Part shown: positions 24,941 through 37,334 of the stretch, piece after piece
How the letters are laid out: each line of letters opens with the position of its first letter
Numbering within the stretch: position 1 is the first letter of the stretch
Assembly (NCBI GenBank): GCA_000934665.2
Contig: KZ538595.1
Coordinates: 1 to 64,000, forward strand
Direction: 5' to 3'
DNA: 64,000 nt
Origin: Catajapyx aquilonaris
Lineage: Eukaryota
Position numbers and translations under genes: made by a program
Notes under the pieces: model-generated
The model's input: only the letters and a program-made list of their open reading frames with translations
Databases searched by the model: none
Told to the model about the DNA's origin: nothing

Positions 24941-27004
24941 ATGATGGTGGACTTATCTCGCCTGCTGGAAACAAACCTGCTGTCGTGTTGGTGCCTCTGG
25001 TCGTCACTGACCCTCGTTTCTCCGTGTCTCCGCCGGGACAATGTGACTATCAGGGAGATATCTCTGCTGGAGAGAGACATTCACCTGGTGTCCTCCTTCG
25101 TGCACGGGTTGCTAAGTCACGGGGACCACCGTTGCGTGCTGGTGATTGCCAGCATCAGCGACAGCATCAGGCGATCACACTGGACTCCTCTCCTGACCAG
25201 AATGAACAGCGAGTACCTGATGACCGTACAGGTCACGGGAAGGTCACATGGGGAGGACCCCCAACCAGAGGTGGAGATGGAGACATACTCAAAGGTCAAG
25301 TTGGGTCACTGCGTGGTTCACTTTCTGGTGGGGACCAGCGAGGACAAGTTGGGACCAGTGTTGGTCCATCTGAGGAGGAGGGTCAAGGTGCAGCTGGACC
25401 AGGACCACTTCCTCATCTGGACAGTTGGAGGTGAGGATGACCGCGACCTGATGGCCCGGTGGGCAAAGGGGATAAAGTTCAAGCTGGGTCTGAGGGTGGT
25501 CACCTTCTCCTCCTCCTCCAACAATGGGTCTGCTGCGGTCCAGCTGTCCACCGTCTGCTTCTTCTGCGACCATGGAAGCCCGAGGGTCATCCGCCTGCCA
25601 GAGATATACGACGGAAGAGACTCGTCGTACTTCCGTCGGAGGGACCTCCAGCTGTTTCCGGACATGACCAGAGACCTGCAGAGTGCAACACTGAGGGTGG
25701 CGTACATAGCAGAAATGGATTACAAAGAGGCCCAGGCAGCCCACGACGTCGGTCGCAGGAACAGCAGAAGCGACCGGCTGATCATGTACTGGATATCCCG
25801 GAAGATGAACTTCACCTACGTGTCCGCCTTGATGGACCCGGCCGAACTCCTCGAGTCCCGTCGTCCAAACGGCACTTTCATCGGGACAGTGGACTACCTT
25901 CTGAAGGACAGGTGCGACATCGCTTTCGTGTCCCGCAGCTCCGAGGAGAGCCTTCCCTTCGTGGACTTCTCCCGTCCGATCTACTACCTGTCCCTGCGGT
26001 TCCTGACCGGGAGGCCAGACACGATGGCCTCCTGGGAGGCGGTGGTGAGGCCGTACTCCCTGGAGCTGTGGGCGCTCATCTTCCTGGCCATGCTCTTCTC
26101 CTCCTTTGCCCTGGCACTGCTCTTCAAGGCGACGTCGGCTGGTCTTCAGGTGCAAAGTCGCTTCCTGGACGAGTACGTTTCCGCCGTACGGTACGTGTCT
26201 CGAGCCATGTTGGAGCAGAATCCGGTGAAGGAGTTTCCGGAAGGGGATGCCCCCAGAGTGGTCTTCGTCGTCTGGCTGTACTTCTCCATGGTCATCTCGT
26301 GCGGCTACCAGGAGATGCTGTTCTCCTTCCTCAGCATCCCAGTCCTCCAGCCCATCCCTCGGTCCTTCTCCGACATACCCTCGTCCCCGTACACGTCCGG
26401 AATCCCGTTCGGACACGGCGTACCCCTGCAGTCCTTTGTGAACGACGCGGACATTCCTCTGTACAAGGACCTGTTCGCACGGAACGAGCAGTTCAGCACC
26501 GAGTTCGAGTGCATCAGCGCCTGTCTGGAGAGGAAGGTGGCCTGCATGACCTTCTCCATGGTGCTGGAGATCCAGATCGGAATGTTCGTCACCAGCTCTG
26601 GACAGAACCTGCTGGTCCTGGCCCCGGCAAGGGAGTTCCTCATGCTGGCAGTGTCCTCCTTCCAGAAGAATGGACTCATCCGGAAGTCCTACGACGACGC
26701 CGTCAGCGGCCTCATCGAAGGAGGGCTCGTCGAGTACTCGATCCAAATCTCGACCGACAATCGCTTTCAAGTCGGTCTGGAGCTGGCCAGGGAGAGGAAG
26801 GACTCTGGAGGAGATCAGGTGGTTTCTGCTGATGGCACTGGAGAGGTGGTCAAGCCTCTCCAATTGGCCAACCTCCAGAGCGCCTTCTTGCTGGCCAAGG
26901 TTGGGTGGACCCTGGCCATGGCCGCATTTCTAGCCGAATTACTGGCCAGGAGAATTATTGTCAGGAGACGGAGAGAAAAACAAACATGGAATTTCATGCT
27001 TTGA
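24941..27004 (+). CDS. Divergent ionotropic receptor copy 2, intronless
   Basis: S1 (KMNF..NGTFIGTVDYLL..CDIA..VDFSRP), M1 (RPYSLELW), M3 (WLYFSMVISCGYQEML.SFL..P), M4 (PLQLANLQSAFLL). ORF is open from 24851; start chosen near the hydrophobic leader. Confidence 0.85.
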   Translation: MMVDLSRLLETNLLSCWCLWSSLTLVSPCLRRDNVTIREISLLERDIHLVSSFVHGLLSHGDHRCVLVIASISDSIRRSHWTPLLTRMNSEYLMTVQVTGRSHGEDPQPEVEMETYSKVKLGHCVVHFLVGTSEDKLGPVLVHLRRRVKVQLDQDHFLIWTVGGEDDRDLMARWAKGIKFKLGLRVVTFSSSSNNGSAAVQLSTVCFFCDHGSPRVIRLPEIYDGRDSSYFRRRDLQLFPDMTRDLQSATLRVAYIAEMDYKEAQAAHDVGRRNSRSDRLIMYWISRKMNFTYVSALMDPAELLESRRPNGTFIGTVDYLLKDRCDIAFVSRSSEESLPFVDFSRPIYYLSLRFLTGRPDTMASWEAVVRPYSLELWALIFLAMLFSSFALALLFKATSAGLQVQSRFLDEYVSAVRYVSRAMLEQNPVKEFPEGDAPRVVFVVWLYFSMVISCGYQEMLFSFLSIPVLQPIPRSFSDIPSSPYTSGIPFGHGVPLQSFVNDADIPLYKDLFARNEQFSTEFECISACLERKVACMTFSMVLEIQIGMFVTSSGQNLLVLAPAREFLMLAVSSFQKNGLIRKSYDDAVSGLIEGGLVEYSIQISTDNRFQVGLELARERKDSGGDQVVSADGTGEVVKPLQLANLQSAFLLAKVGWTLAMAAFLAELLARRIIVRRRREKQTWNFML

Positions 27005-27850
27005 ACGATGTTATGTGGTAACATTATTTTGATGAATCCGACACGATTGTATGCTGTGCGAGACAATTTTGCACAGTACACAACCTGATTGTAGCAATAC
27101 ACAATTCTGCAATATTTTGTTGCCTTCTTTCGCCAATGTACAAAGTGTTCCAATAATATTGATCTGTGATTAACAGTTTCTTCTTTTTTTTTTTTGCACC
27201 AACGTGATTATTTAAAGTGTTTACTTCCTTGGGGACTATCGAGAAATTATATTGTCTGTAAGTAACTGAGGATACATCATTTGAGGAAAGTAAGCAAGCA
27301 GCCGGAAGGCAGCATAATTATGTCAAATACAGTGGAGAGAGTACAGTGTCAAGCAATGAGAGGCAGATGAGAGGTGAATGAAAGGTAAGTGAAATACTGA
27401 CGAAAGAAATAACTGATTATTATTCAGGTTACACTTCTTAAGACATTCCGTGTCAAAAATAATGCGTTGTGTAACCCCTGCGCACCTGCAATCATCCGTA
27501 ATTCCCTTCACATCGATAACAATATATTGCTAGTTTCAGTCTATAGAATTAGCTCAGTCGCCTTATAGTACTCTGTTGGCCTTGAGATATACTATATAGA
27601 GCTTCTCTTATTCATTTTTATATCCATAATGGGAGTGTGCACCACGAGGTTTGCGACATCCATACCGCTGGATGTGCAGTACTTATGCCAAGACGGGCAT
27701 ACAAGTATGTCGGGTCTGGTGACTGCTTTTGTCGCTTTGTGACACTCACTGTGGCCGTCGGTGCAGCAATGCCTGTTTCCTGATGACAGCGTGATGGCTT
27801 GACCAGGCCCCTCATTGTTGTAGGACGCGGATGAATAACGGTGCAGCAAC

Positions 27851-30028
27851 ATGATGTCCGCGTGTGACAGAAGCGACAGTGTGGACATCAGCCTGAAGGC
27901 ATCACGAACGCGCCGCTGCTACCTTTGGGTACTTGTTGCAGTCATGGCGACGACGTTGCCATCATCGTCTCAGGCCGTACCGTCTATTAGAAGGGATGAC
28001 ATCGACTTGGACACCCAGCACGTGGCTTTGGTCTCTTCCTTCGTGCATGGCCTCATGAGTCAGGTGCACCCACGATGCGTCCTGGTGATTGGGACCCACC
28101 GCTCCGATGGCCTAAACACTAAACGGTGGACTCCTCTCCTGACCAGCATGAACAGCGAGTACCTGATGGCCGTCCAGGTCACGGGAAGGTCGCAGGGTGA
28201 GGACCCCCGACCAGAGGTGGAGATGGAGACATACTCAAAGGTCAAGTTGGGTCACTGCGTGGTTCACTTTCTAGTGGGGACTTGCGAGGACCAGTTGGGA
28301 CCAGTGTTGGTCCATCTGAGGAGGAAGGTCAAGGTGCAGCTGGACCGGGACCGCTTCCTCTTCTGGACCATTGGAGGTGAGGACGAGCGTGACCTGATGG
28401 CCCGGTGGGCAAAGGGGATAAAGTTCAAGCTGGGTCTGAGGGTGGTCTCCTCCTCCAACAATGGATCTGACGAGGGAGGAGTGGTCCAGCTGTCCACGGC
28501 ATGCTTCTTCTGCAACCAGGGAAACCCAAGGGTCATCCACCTGCCAGAGTTATACGACGGAAGAGACTCGTCGTACTTCCGTCGGAGGGGCGTCCATCAT
28601 CATCAGTTGTTTCCGGACATGACGAAGGAGTTGAAGGGCAAGGAACTGCGGGTGGCCCACATATACAGAATGGACTTGGAGGAGACTCGATCGGAATACG
28701 AGCAGCACGGTCGCAGGGGGGTCAGAAGCGATCAGCTCATCATGTACTGGATATCCAGGAAGATGAACTTCAGCTACGTGCCCGACAACCTGGACCCGGC
28801 CGAAATGCTGGAGTCTCGTCGTCCGAACGGCACCTTCGTCGGGACAGTGGACCACCTTCTGAACGACAAGTGCGACATCGCCATAGTGTCCCGCAGTTCC
28901 GAGGAGAGCCTTCCCTTCGTGGACTTGTCCCGTCCATTCTACTTTGTGCCCATACGTTTCTTGACCCGGAGGCCTCCTTCCTCCAGGCCTACCTGGAACG
29001 CCATGATCCGGCCCTTCTCCCGCGCCCTGTGGATCCTCATCTGGATCTGCTGCCTCCTCGTGGCCATCCTCCTCAGCGCCTTCTCACATGCAGCAGACCA
29101 TCATGATGGGAGAATAAGGTGGTTTCGCCCCGATGTCCTGTTCAGGTCTGTGGAGTACTGCGCCAGAGCCCTGGTCGAGTAACACGCAGAGTACTGTCCA
29201 GTCGGCGGCGCCTGCCCCAGCCTCCTGCTGTCCATCTGGCTCTTCTTGGCCATGGTGGTGTGCTGCGGATACAGGGAGAGGCTGTTCTTGTACATGACCG
29301 TCCCCGTGCACCCACCCCTCCCTCAGGAGTTTGGAGACATCCCGTCTTCCCCGTACAGGTCGGCCATACCCTACGGTCACGGCCTAGTGCTGCAGCCTCT
29401 GGTGGACAGGGCAGGGATACCTCTGTACAGCCAGATCTTCGCCCAGAACGAGCAGTATTCGGACGAGTTCGAATGCATGAGTGCTTGTCTGGAGACGGAG
29501 GTGGCCTGCATCTCCTTCTCTCTCATTCTGGAGGTGGTTTCCAGCCTGTACGTGACGGTGGACGGGGAGGACCTGCTGGTCATAGCCCCTGCCAGGGAGT
29601 TCTTCTCCTACTTCGGGTCGGGGTTCAGGAAGGACGGGCTCATCATGGCCACCTACGATCGGGTGCTGGCCGGTCTGGTCCAGTCAGGGCTGGTCGACTA
29701 CACGCTGGAAACCACCAAGGAGCATTACCTCAAGGTGGGGATGGCCAGGGCCAGGGTCAGGGACGGAGGGTCATCCAAGGTCAACGAGCGAGTGGGACAA
29801 GGGAAGGAGCCCCTCAGTCTGACCCATCTCGAGAGCTCCTTTTTGATGCTGGTGCTCGGCTGGTCTGCTGGGATCATCCTGCACGCTCTCCTGCAATTGA
29901 AAGTGTCCATTATGAAGCGGAAAAAGAATGCCTCATCGTCTATAAATGAGAGGCTTTCACAGTTAGAAACCAAAAGCATCGCGTCATACGCAGGCGATGC
30001 CAATGTTCAATACAACTTTTTGAGGTGA
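27851..30028 (+). pseudogene. Divergent ionotropic receptor copy 3, one in-frame TAA at 29180-29182
   Basis: ORFs 27851-29182 and 29246-30028 are in the same frame. The TAA replaces the Gln of the ARA(L/M)(V/I)EQ motif seen in the five paralogs; no other lesion seen. Confidence 0.75.
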
Positions 30029-30720
30029 TCGAAGGCGTGAAACTTACTTCCGCAAAATGGCCAGTTTCAAAAATTACTCTGCTTTGGATTATTGATTAGG
30101 CAACAGTCGTTTTTTAATAATAATCTACGAATGACTGTGTCATCATTAGCTGGGATTCACAATTTCATGTGCTCTCTGTGTAGTCCCCATACATGCGTTG
30201 CATTGACATGACTGTACCTACATATTACAGTTCTCATAGGCAATAAATCGTACTTGTCAGAATTATCCCATCCATACATCTCGAACCGCAAAAATTATTA
30301 TCCCCCCCACGAACCAACCCAGCCAGTCATGAATAAGGCACAATCTCTGCGAATTGTATGATCGATGGCCGCTAACAACATGTGATTTTCCGCCCGAGTT
30401 ATTGGCTGTATATGATCACAAGCCTCATTTAATTAAGAATGAAGTAACTACTAGTCCACACAACACTTATCTTGGTAACATTATATACAGTTTGGTTTGC
30501 AAGGAAGACAGAATGTGGGAGGCCCTTCTCCCAATGTAAATGGCACGTCTAGCCATAGAACTCGTCCTCCTGCTGTGAAGGCCATGTGAATGTTCTACAG
30601 GACTTCTCTTCCTCTATCATCCAGAGACACATTAGTATACAGCTGGTAAGTGACAATGCAAATTTCACCCCTGGTTTTTTAAAGGGTTTCTTCTCCTTTT
30701 CAGAAGGTGTGTGCCACAGG

Positions 30721-32799
30721 ATGGTCAGTGGAATGGATTTGATCGTCTGGACGTCACTGCTTCTGTCATTGATGTCTTCCTCTTGCGCTAGGTTCGCAAG
30801 CATACGCACCCTGCAGGAAAAAGAGGTCAGTCTGGTCTCTTCGTTCGTGTACGGGCTGATGACCCACGTGCACCCCCGATGCGTGCTGGTGATTGGGACA
30901 CAACACGACGTCGATGCGACCCTTTGGACTCCTCTCCTGACCAGCATGAACAGAGAGTACCTGATGGCCGTCCAGGTGACGGGAAGGTCCCAAGGGGAGG
31001 ACCCCCAACCAGAGGTGGAGATGGAGACATACTCAAAGGTCAAGTTGGGTCACTGCGTGGTTCACTTTCTCGTGGGGAGCAGCGAGGACCAGTTGGGACC
31101 AGTGTTGGTCCATCTGAGGAGGAAGGTCAAGGTGCAGCTGGACCAGGACCACTTCCTCTTCTGGACAATTGGTGGTGAGAATGACCGTGGTCTGATGGCC
31201 CGGTGGGCGAAGGGGATAAAGTTCAAGCTGGGTCTGAGGGTGGTCACCTCCTCCTCCTCCTCCAACAATGGGTCTGCTGCAGTCCAGCTGTCCACCGCCT
31301 GCTTCTTCTGCGACCATGGAAGCCCAAGGGTCATCCACCTGCCAGAGTTATACGACGGAAGAGACTCGTCGTACTTCCGTCGGAGGGGAGTCCAGCTGTT
31401 TCCGGACATGACCAAAGACTTGCAGGGCATAAATCTTCGAATAGCGTTCATGTATCGGATTGACTACGAGGAGACCAAGGTTGAGTACGAGAATGGCGGT
31501 CGCCTAGGAGTCCGAGGTGATCGCCTGATCATGTACTGGATATCCAGGAAGATGAACTTCTCCTACGTGCACGACAACCTGGAGCCGCACGAACTGCTGG
31601 AGTCCCGTCGTCCAAACGGCACTTTCATCGGGACAGTGGACCACCTCCTGAACGACAAGTGCGACATCGCTTTCGTGTCCCGCAGCTACCAGGAGAGCCT
31701 TCCCTTCGTGGACTTCTCTTCCCCATTGTTCTTCGTGTCCATGCGATTTGTGACCAGCAGACCAGAACCAATTCCCACGTCCTGGACGGTCATAACCCGT
31801 CCGTACACACCCGGCATGTGGGGTCTGATCCTCCTCTGCCACCTTCTTTCTTCCCTGTTGCTGGCCGCCTTCTTCAGCGCCATTGACCACCGGACGAGGG
31901 TCATCGGGTTCGCGTCAGCCTGGGGCCACTGCGCCCGCGCACTGATCGAACAGGACGCCATGTACCCTACGTCGGCGGTCATAATGTCGCCCCGTTTCGT
32001 GTTCGCTGTCTGGCTGTACTTCGCCATGGTCATATGCTGCGGGTACAGGGAGATGCTGTTCATGTACCTGACCTTCAGTTCGCACGAGCCTCTTCCCCAG
32101 GAGTACGGGGACATCCCGTCGTCTCCGTACAAGGCAGCCGCTCCGTACACCCACACCGTCCTTCTCCAGTGGTTCGTGGAGCAGGCTGGCATCCCATTCT
32201 ACCTGGACATGTTCTCCAAACTGAAGCTGTTTTCCAGCGAGTACGAGTGCATGGAGGCCTGTCTGACCGGGAGGGTGGCCTGCCTCTCCTTCTCCTTGAC
32301 CCTGGAGGTCGAGAGCGGACTGTACGTGACCTCCGAGGGCGAGCCCCTGCTGGTGCTGGCCCCAGCAGCAGAGTTCGCCTCCTTCTACGCGTCCACCTTC
32401 AGGAAGGACGGGGTCATCAGGGGGACATTCGACCAAGTGGCCCAAGGATTGAAGCAGGGAGGCTTCTTCGACTACAGTCTCCACTCGGACAGGGAGAGGA
32501 ACTTCAGGTCTGGTCGAGCTGCGGCCCAATCCAGGGAAGAAAGTGCTGGAGGAGGAAAGGACCCCTACGACTCCATGTCCGCCAGCAGCACTAGCAATAA
32601 CCACAACAACAAGGCTCTCTCCATGTACAACTTGAAGAGCTCTTTCCTGCTGCTGGCGTCTGGATGCTGCCTTGCCATCTCAGTCTGGGCAGCGCAGTTC
32701 TTGCAGAGAGGACTGGAGACCAATAAGGCGGCCAGCAGAGTTGGCCCCAAGAGATTAGCGCTAATAGTGTACGACAGGAGTTACGGATTTTTAGAGTGA
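30721..32799 (+). CDS. Divergent ionotropic receptor copy 4, intronless
   Basis: Signal peptide MVSGMDLIVWTSLLLSLMSSSCA and the same IR motifs as paralogs (RPY..W, YFAMVICCGYREML, LSMYNLKSSFLLL). Confidence 0.85.
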   Translation: MVSGMDLIVWTSLLLSLMSSSCARFASIRTLQEKEVSLVSSFVYGLMTHVHPRCVLVIGTQHDVDATLWTPLLTSMNREYLMAVQVTGRSQGEDPQPEVEMETYSKVKLGHCVVHFLVGSSEDQLGPVLVHLRRKVKVQLDQDHFLFWTIGGENDRGLMARWAKGIKFKLGLRVVTSSSSSNNGSAAVQLSTACFFCDHGSPRVIHLPELYDGRDSSYFRRRGVQLFPDMTKDLQGINLRIAFMYRIDYEETKVEYENGGRLGVRGDRLIMYWISRKMNFSYVHDNLEPHELLESRRPNGTFIGTVDHLLNDKCDIAFVSRSYQESLPFVDFSSPLFFVSMRFVTSRPEPIPTSWTVITRPYTPGMWGLILLCHLLSSLLLAAFFSAIDHRTRVIGFASAWGHCARALIEQDAMYPTSAVIMSPRFVFAVWLYFAMVICCGYREMLFMYLTFSSHEPLPQEYGDIPSSPYKAAAPYTHTVLLQWFVEQAGIPFYLDMFSKLKLFSSEYECMEACLTGRVACLSFSLTLEVESGLYVTSEGEPLLVLAPAAEFASFYASTFRKDGVIRGTFDQVAQGLKQGGFFDYSLHSDRERNFRSGRAAAQSREESAGGGKDPYDSMSASSTSNNHNNKALSMYNLKSSFLLLASGCCLAISVWAAQFLQRGLETNKAASRVGPKRLALIVYDRSYGFLE

Positions 32800-34159
32800 A
32801 TATAGATACTATCTGCAGAGACACTGGGACAGGCAGCTCTTCTATGGACATTCATTTTTGGAAAAGAGGTTGCATGCAGGGATCAGATCCATAACAGTAG
32901 TCTGTTTTCGTTTTCAAGTACCAACGTATTTAAAAAAAATAAAATTTAAAAGCTAAATGCTGATTTCACATCTGCAAAGAGTGAAGTGCAATATACAGGA
33001 CAGACTGTCTATTTCTATTACATACTTTTAACTTTGGTTCAAGCATAACAATTAATTTTTAAATAGCAAGTCCATACGATATCTGATATTCTGCTTAATA
33101 AAAAAATCTAGTGCCGTACCTCCTATTTAAAAATTCAACCCAAATGTACGAATTTAATTTCAATAAATCGTGAAGGGTAGCTAATCGCAACGAAATTACT
33201 TCACATGCGATGTCAATTAAAAGATAAGCTATATTTGTACGCATCTGACAACTGCAAGCTCGACGAGAAAGCTATATTATTATTTGAGGATGCATTGAGC
33301 TACATACTGTATAGGCTAGAGCGCATGACATGAGCCGACAAGTAAAAACAATGTTTCCTGCGGAACAAGTATTATACAATGCGAATTCGAGCAATACGGA
33401 TTAATCATTCAACACATGGCCTAGTTACACGTGCAACTGGCATTTATTATTTTTGTATGAACCTATGGGGGAAGCCGGCATCAAATTCCATGCCGAAAGG
33501 CGATAAATAAGGACCAAATTGCCAATATTTGCGGAGCGACGAAGCCTCCTCTCCGTACTTACGGAGGAAGTTGCGTCACACGTGGACACGCCCGCAATAT
33601 GTTCACAGATGTCAGGAATAGCTCTTTATGCCAGTGACTCAGAGACAAATGAGGAGAGGTTAAGGTCACGTGGTTGCTGTCGATTTGGGACGGGATGCCG
33701 GGATGACCTTCGCGACTTCGTATTTCATTTGTCTCGCAGACGCGTGCAGGGCATGTAATTTGATTACAGTGTACCATGCTACAGCGTACACAGTCTTCGG
33801 TGCCACAGAAGCGATATCTGATAATTTTTGTCAGACACTCATATGACCACCAATATTCACCTGTCGTACAGGTAAGCACCATATGGATTTTCCTGCTTTA
33901 CAGTACAGCAGTGATACACATGACGTACAACTCGCGTTTCTAATTATTATGTTGCAATATATTGTGATGCATTGCTCAAATGTGTGCTCTTATTTTGCAG
34001 ATGACGGGGCAACCGCTTGGAAAGTTTATGGAAAGGAAAGGACTTTTGCGACGATTTCGATAATACAGCCGCAGTCAATGGCCAATCCATGACTTGGACA
34101 ACGGGAAGACTCCACAGGTTTTAAAGAGCTCAGTGAGGTCTTCACAAAAATTTTCGAGA

Positions 34160-36169
34160 ATGTTTACAAAAGCCACATTGCTTTTCATTTTGGGATTAGT
34201 ACTCTACTTTCCACTTGGTCACTCGAGACACTTGATGAGAGAAACCACGACCTTAGACAGAGAGGTCAGTCTGGTCTCTTCGTTTGTGCAGGGGGTTATG
34301 AGACATGTGCACTCCCGCTGCTTGCTCGTGATTGGAACCCCAGACGGTACTCTGCAGACACACTGGGCCTCTCTCTTGCACGAAATGAACAGAGAGTACC
34401 TGATGGCCATCCAGGTCACGGGAAGGTCACATGGTGAGGACCCCCTACCAGAGGTGGAGATGGAGACATACTCAAAGGTCAAGTTGGGTCAGTGTGCGGT
34501 TCACTTTCTGGTGGCGACTAGTGAGGACCAGTTGGGATCGGTGTTGGTCCATCTGAGAAGGAAGGTCAAGGTCCAGCTGGATCAGGACCACTTCCTCTTC
34601 TGGACAATTGGGGGCGGAGGGGATGACCACGTAGAGCAGCGGGATGTGCTGCTGACCCAGTGGACAAAGACGATTAAGTTCAAGCTAAGTCTGATCGTGC
34701 TGGCGGACGAGATTCACCTGTCCACAGCCTGCTTGTTCTGCGACCACGGAAGCCCAAAGGTCATCCACCTGGCCCAGTACGACGGGAGCGACCATCAGTA
34801 CTTCCGGAGGGGAATCCAGTTGAGTCCGGACACGAGCAGAGACTTGGGTGGTTCCGAGGTGAAGGTGGTGAACATGTACCCTTTGGAATACCAGAGGACA
34901 AAGGCGTTGCTCGACAGGTACGGTCGTCGCATCCAATTGACAGCAGGCGATCAGACCCTGATAAGCGACCAGCTGATAATGTACTGGATCGCCCAGAAGA
35001 TGAACTTTGTCTACTCGGTGGACCCCCTTTCCTTGGAGGAGCTGATGGAGGAGCGCCTTCCCAACGGCTCCTTCGTGGGCTCCGTCAACCACCTCCTGAA
35101 CCACCGATGCGACATCTCATTTCTGTCCCACCTATACGAGGAGAGCATCCCATTCGCGGATTTCGGCACCCCCATCTACTACTCCACGATGAGCTTCGTC
35201 ACCAGGAGACCCCTGCCCATCATGGCCTCCTGGGAAACCATAGTCCGACCATACAGCTACGCTCTCTGGGCGCTCATCTTCTCCAACCTCGTCTTCTCAT
35301 CACTGGTTCTCTCAGTCCTGTTCTCCCTTTCCGCAGCCAGCAAACCGAGCAGCAGGTTCCAGTCCGCGTTCGTGACTTCTCTGACGGCCTGTGCTCGGGC
35401 TATGATTGAACAGAACTCGAGACTCATTCCATCAGGAAGTGCCCCCCGACTCTTCTTCGCCTTCTGGCTCTACTTCGGTTTGGTCATATGCTGCGGGTAC
35501 AGGGAGATTCTCTTCACCTACCTGACCGTCCCAGCACACGAGGCAGTCCCCCGTTCCTTCTCGGACATCCTGTCCTTTCCGTACCAGCCTGGTATTCCTT
35601 ACGTCCACGGACTGATACTCCAGGGTTACGTGGACAAGGCAGGGCTGCCCCTGTTCAGCGAGGTATTCTCCAGGAACGAGCAGCACCGAGACGAGTTGGA
35701 GTGCATGATCGCATGTCTTCAGGAGAGCAAGACGGCCTGCATCACCTTCACCACCTTCCTGGAGATCGAGAACAGGCTGTTCGTCACTCCAGAAGGAGAT
35801 CCACTGCTGGAGGTGGCTCCTGCCAGGGACTTCTTCACCTACTACGCCTCCTCTCTCAACAAGTACTCCCCGATCACAAGCACCTTCAACCAGGTCATCG
35901 CCGGTCTCATGCAAGGAGGGTTCGTCGACTACGCCCTGCAGGTCATGTCAGACGCCTTCTTCGCCCAGGGTCTGAAAAATGCCGGGCATTTTTCGTCGAG
36001 GAAATGTGTTCCCCTAGCATGGGCCAACCTGCAGAGCTTGTTCTTGCTCATGTTCGTTGGGTGGTCTCTCAGCTCGGCCATTTTCGTCGCACAACTTGCA
36101 CACCAGTGGGTCAAAGGGTGTGGCAACGGTCAATTGCGCGGGTCTCGTCGTGCTGACCTGAAATGCTGA
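34160..36169 (+). CDS. Divergent ionotropic receptor copy 5, intronless
   Basis: Signal peptide MFTKATLLFILGLVLYFPLGHS; IR motifs NGSFVGSV..CDI, RPYSYALW, YFGLVICCGYREIL, PLAWANLQSLFLL. Confidence 0.85.
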   Translation: MFTKATLLFILGLVLYFPLGHSRHLMRETTTLDREVSLVSSFVQGVMRHVHSRCLLVIGTPDGTLQTHWASLLHEMNREYLMAIQVTGRSHGEDPLPEVEMETYSKVKLGQCAVHFLVATSEDQLGSVLVHLRRKVKVQLDQDHFLFWTIGGGGDDHVEQRDVLLTQWTKTIKFKLSLIVLADEIHLSTACLFCDHGSPKVIHLAQYDGSDHQYFRRGIQLSPDTSRDLGGSEVKVVNMYPLEYQRTKALLDRYGRRIQLTAGDQTLISDQLIMYWIAQKMNFVYSVDPLSLEELMEERLPNGSFVGSVNHLLNHRCDISFLSHLYEESIPFADFGTPIYYSTMSFVTRRPLPIMASWETIVRPYSYALWALIFSNLVFSSLVLSVLFSLSAASKPSSRFQSAFVTSLTACARAMIEQNSRLIPSGSAPRLFFAFWLYFGLVICCGYREILFTYLTVPAHEAVPRSFSDILSFPYQPGIPYVHGLILQGYVDKAGLPLFSEVFSRNEQHRDELECMIACLQESKTACITFTTFLEIENRLFVTPEGDPLLEVAPARDFFTYYASSLNKYSPITSTFNQVIAGLMQGGFVDYALQVMSDAFFAQGLKNAGHFSSRKCVPLAWANLQSLFLLMFVGWSLSSAIFVAQLAHQWVKGCGNGQLRGSRRADLKC

Positions 36170-37334
36170 TACAGGAACAGCCAACACAAGCTGAGATTTT
36201 CCATTGCAGGCATTTTATAATTTTGGACCAGGTGGCCCTTCCTCCACATAACAGTGCTCGTGCCCACGACGAAAATGTCCAGTTTAAGACAGAAATCCGA
36301 AAATGGACAACCCTCGCATGCATAATAATAAACGCTACGGATGTAACTACTTACATCATCAAAGACAATGCAAAAATAAAAATCATTACACAACAGACAT
36401 GCAGCTCAAATGTGACAGTTCAGCAGACACGCCTTTCTTCTAGGCGTGGACAGCAGCACCAACTGACAACCCAAATAATGAATTATGTGGGATGGGTTTC
36501 TTTCAATAAACGGGGCCATAATTTCCCGCATTGGGTTCGTCACGTCATATTATGTGACACTACTTCACATGATTACGACCATTTGTCGCGAGTGTATATA
36601 CAAATTCGGAATATTATTACATGCCACATGCGTCAACCAGACCGTTTCTGGTGTCAAATGGGCACACCCATACTTCCACAAAACACTAATAAATTCACCC
36701 TGCTTGAAGTCATGCCACTGTTTTATTTTGAAGAAATCTATTGCAGCTTTTTTGTTTGCCATTTTGGCACTGCCCATCATTTGTCACCTCCAAGCAATAA
36801 AATAGTGCACCTACTGGACTTGTGCAGAAACCAGCTCATGGTGAGACTCGAACATGACTGACACCCAGCCAGGAGCAGACTATTCATTATACTATCGGAT
36901 GTAATTGCCGGATAGGAAGGTAAACACTGACACTGGATAAGTAGCGATAATTACCTAATTAGTATTATCAGGGGTATATATATATATATATCAGAGGTTT
37001 TTGTCAAATCACTAATTGAGCCTGACAAATCTGTTATATTTTATCCAAATAGTGCTTATTATACTTAATAATAATTTTACGTACAGTATCATATATAATG
37101 TAATGAACTTGGTCTCTTCCAGGACCATCCAGTGCAATAATTGAGATCACAATTGCCACTCCAACCCAGGTCATGAACGACTCTTCACCTTCACTGCCTG
37201 TAATTCGACGCATCAGCACCAGCTATGACAACACTGCCTCGGCACAATTTTTTTTAAAGCGACCTGTTACTGCATCTTTGCAGTACTAATCGTGTAGCAA
37301 TAAGTGAGAGTGTCACTATAATTGCACGGGGATT

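Noticed and set aside
36163..36861. 232-aa ORF directly after IR copy 5
   Set aside because: AT-rich, lacks the local codon bias, has no motif and no counterpart after other IR copies.
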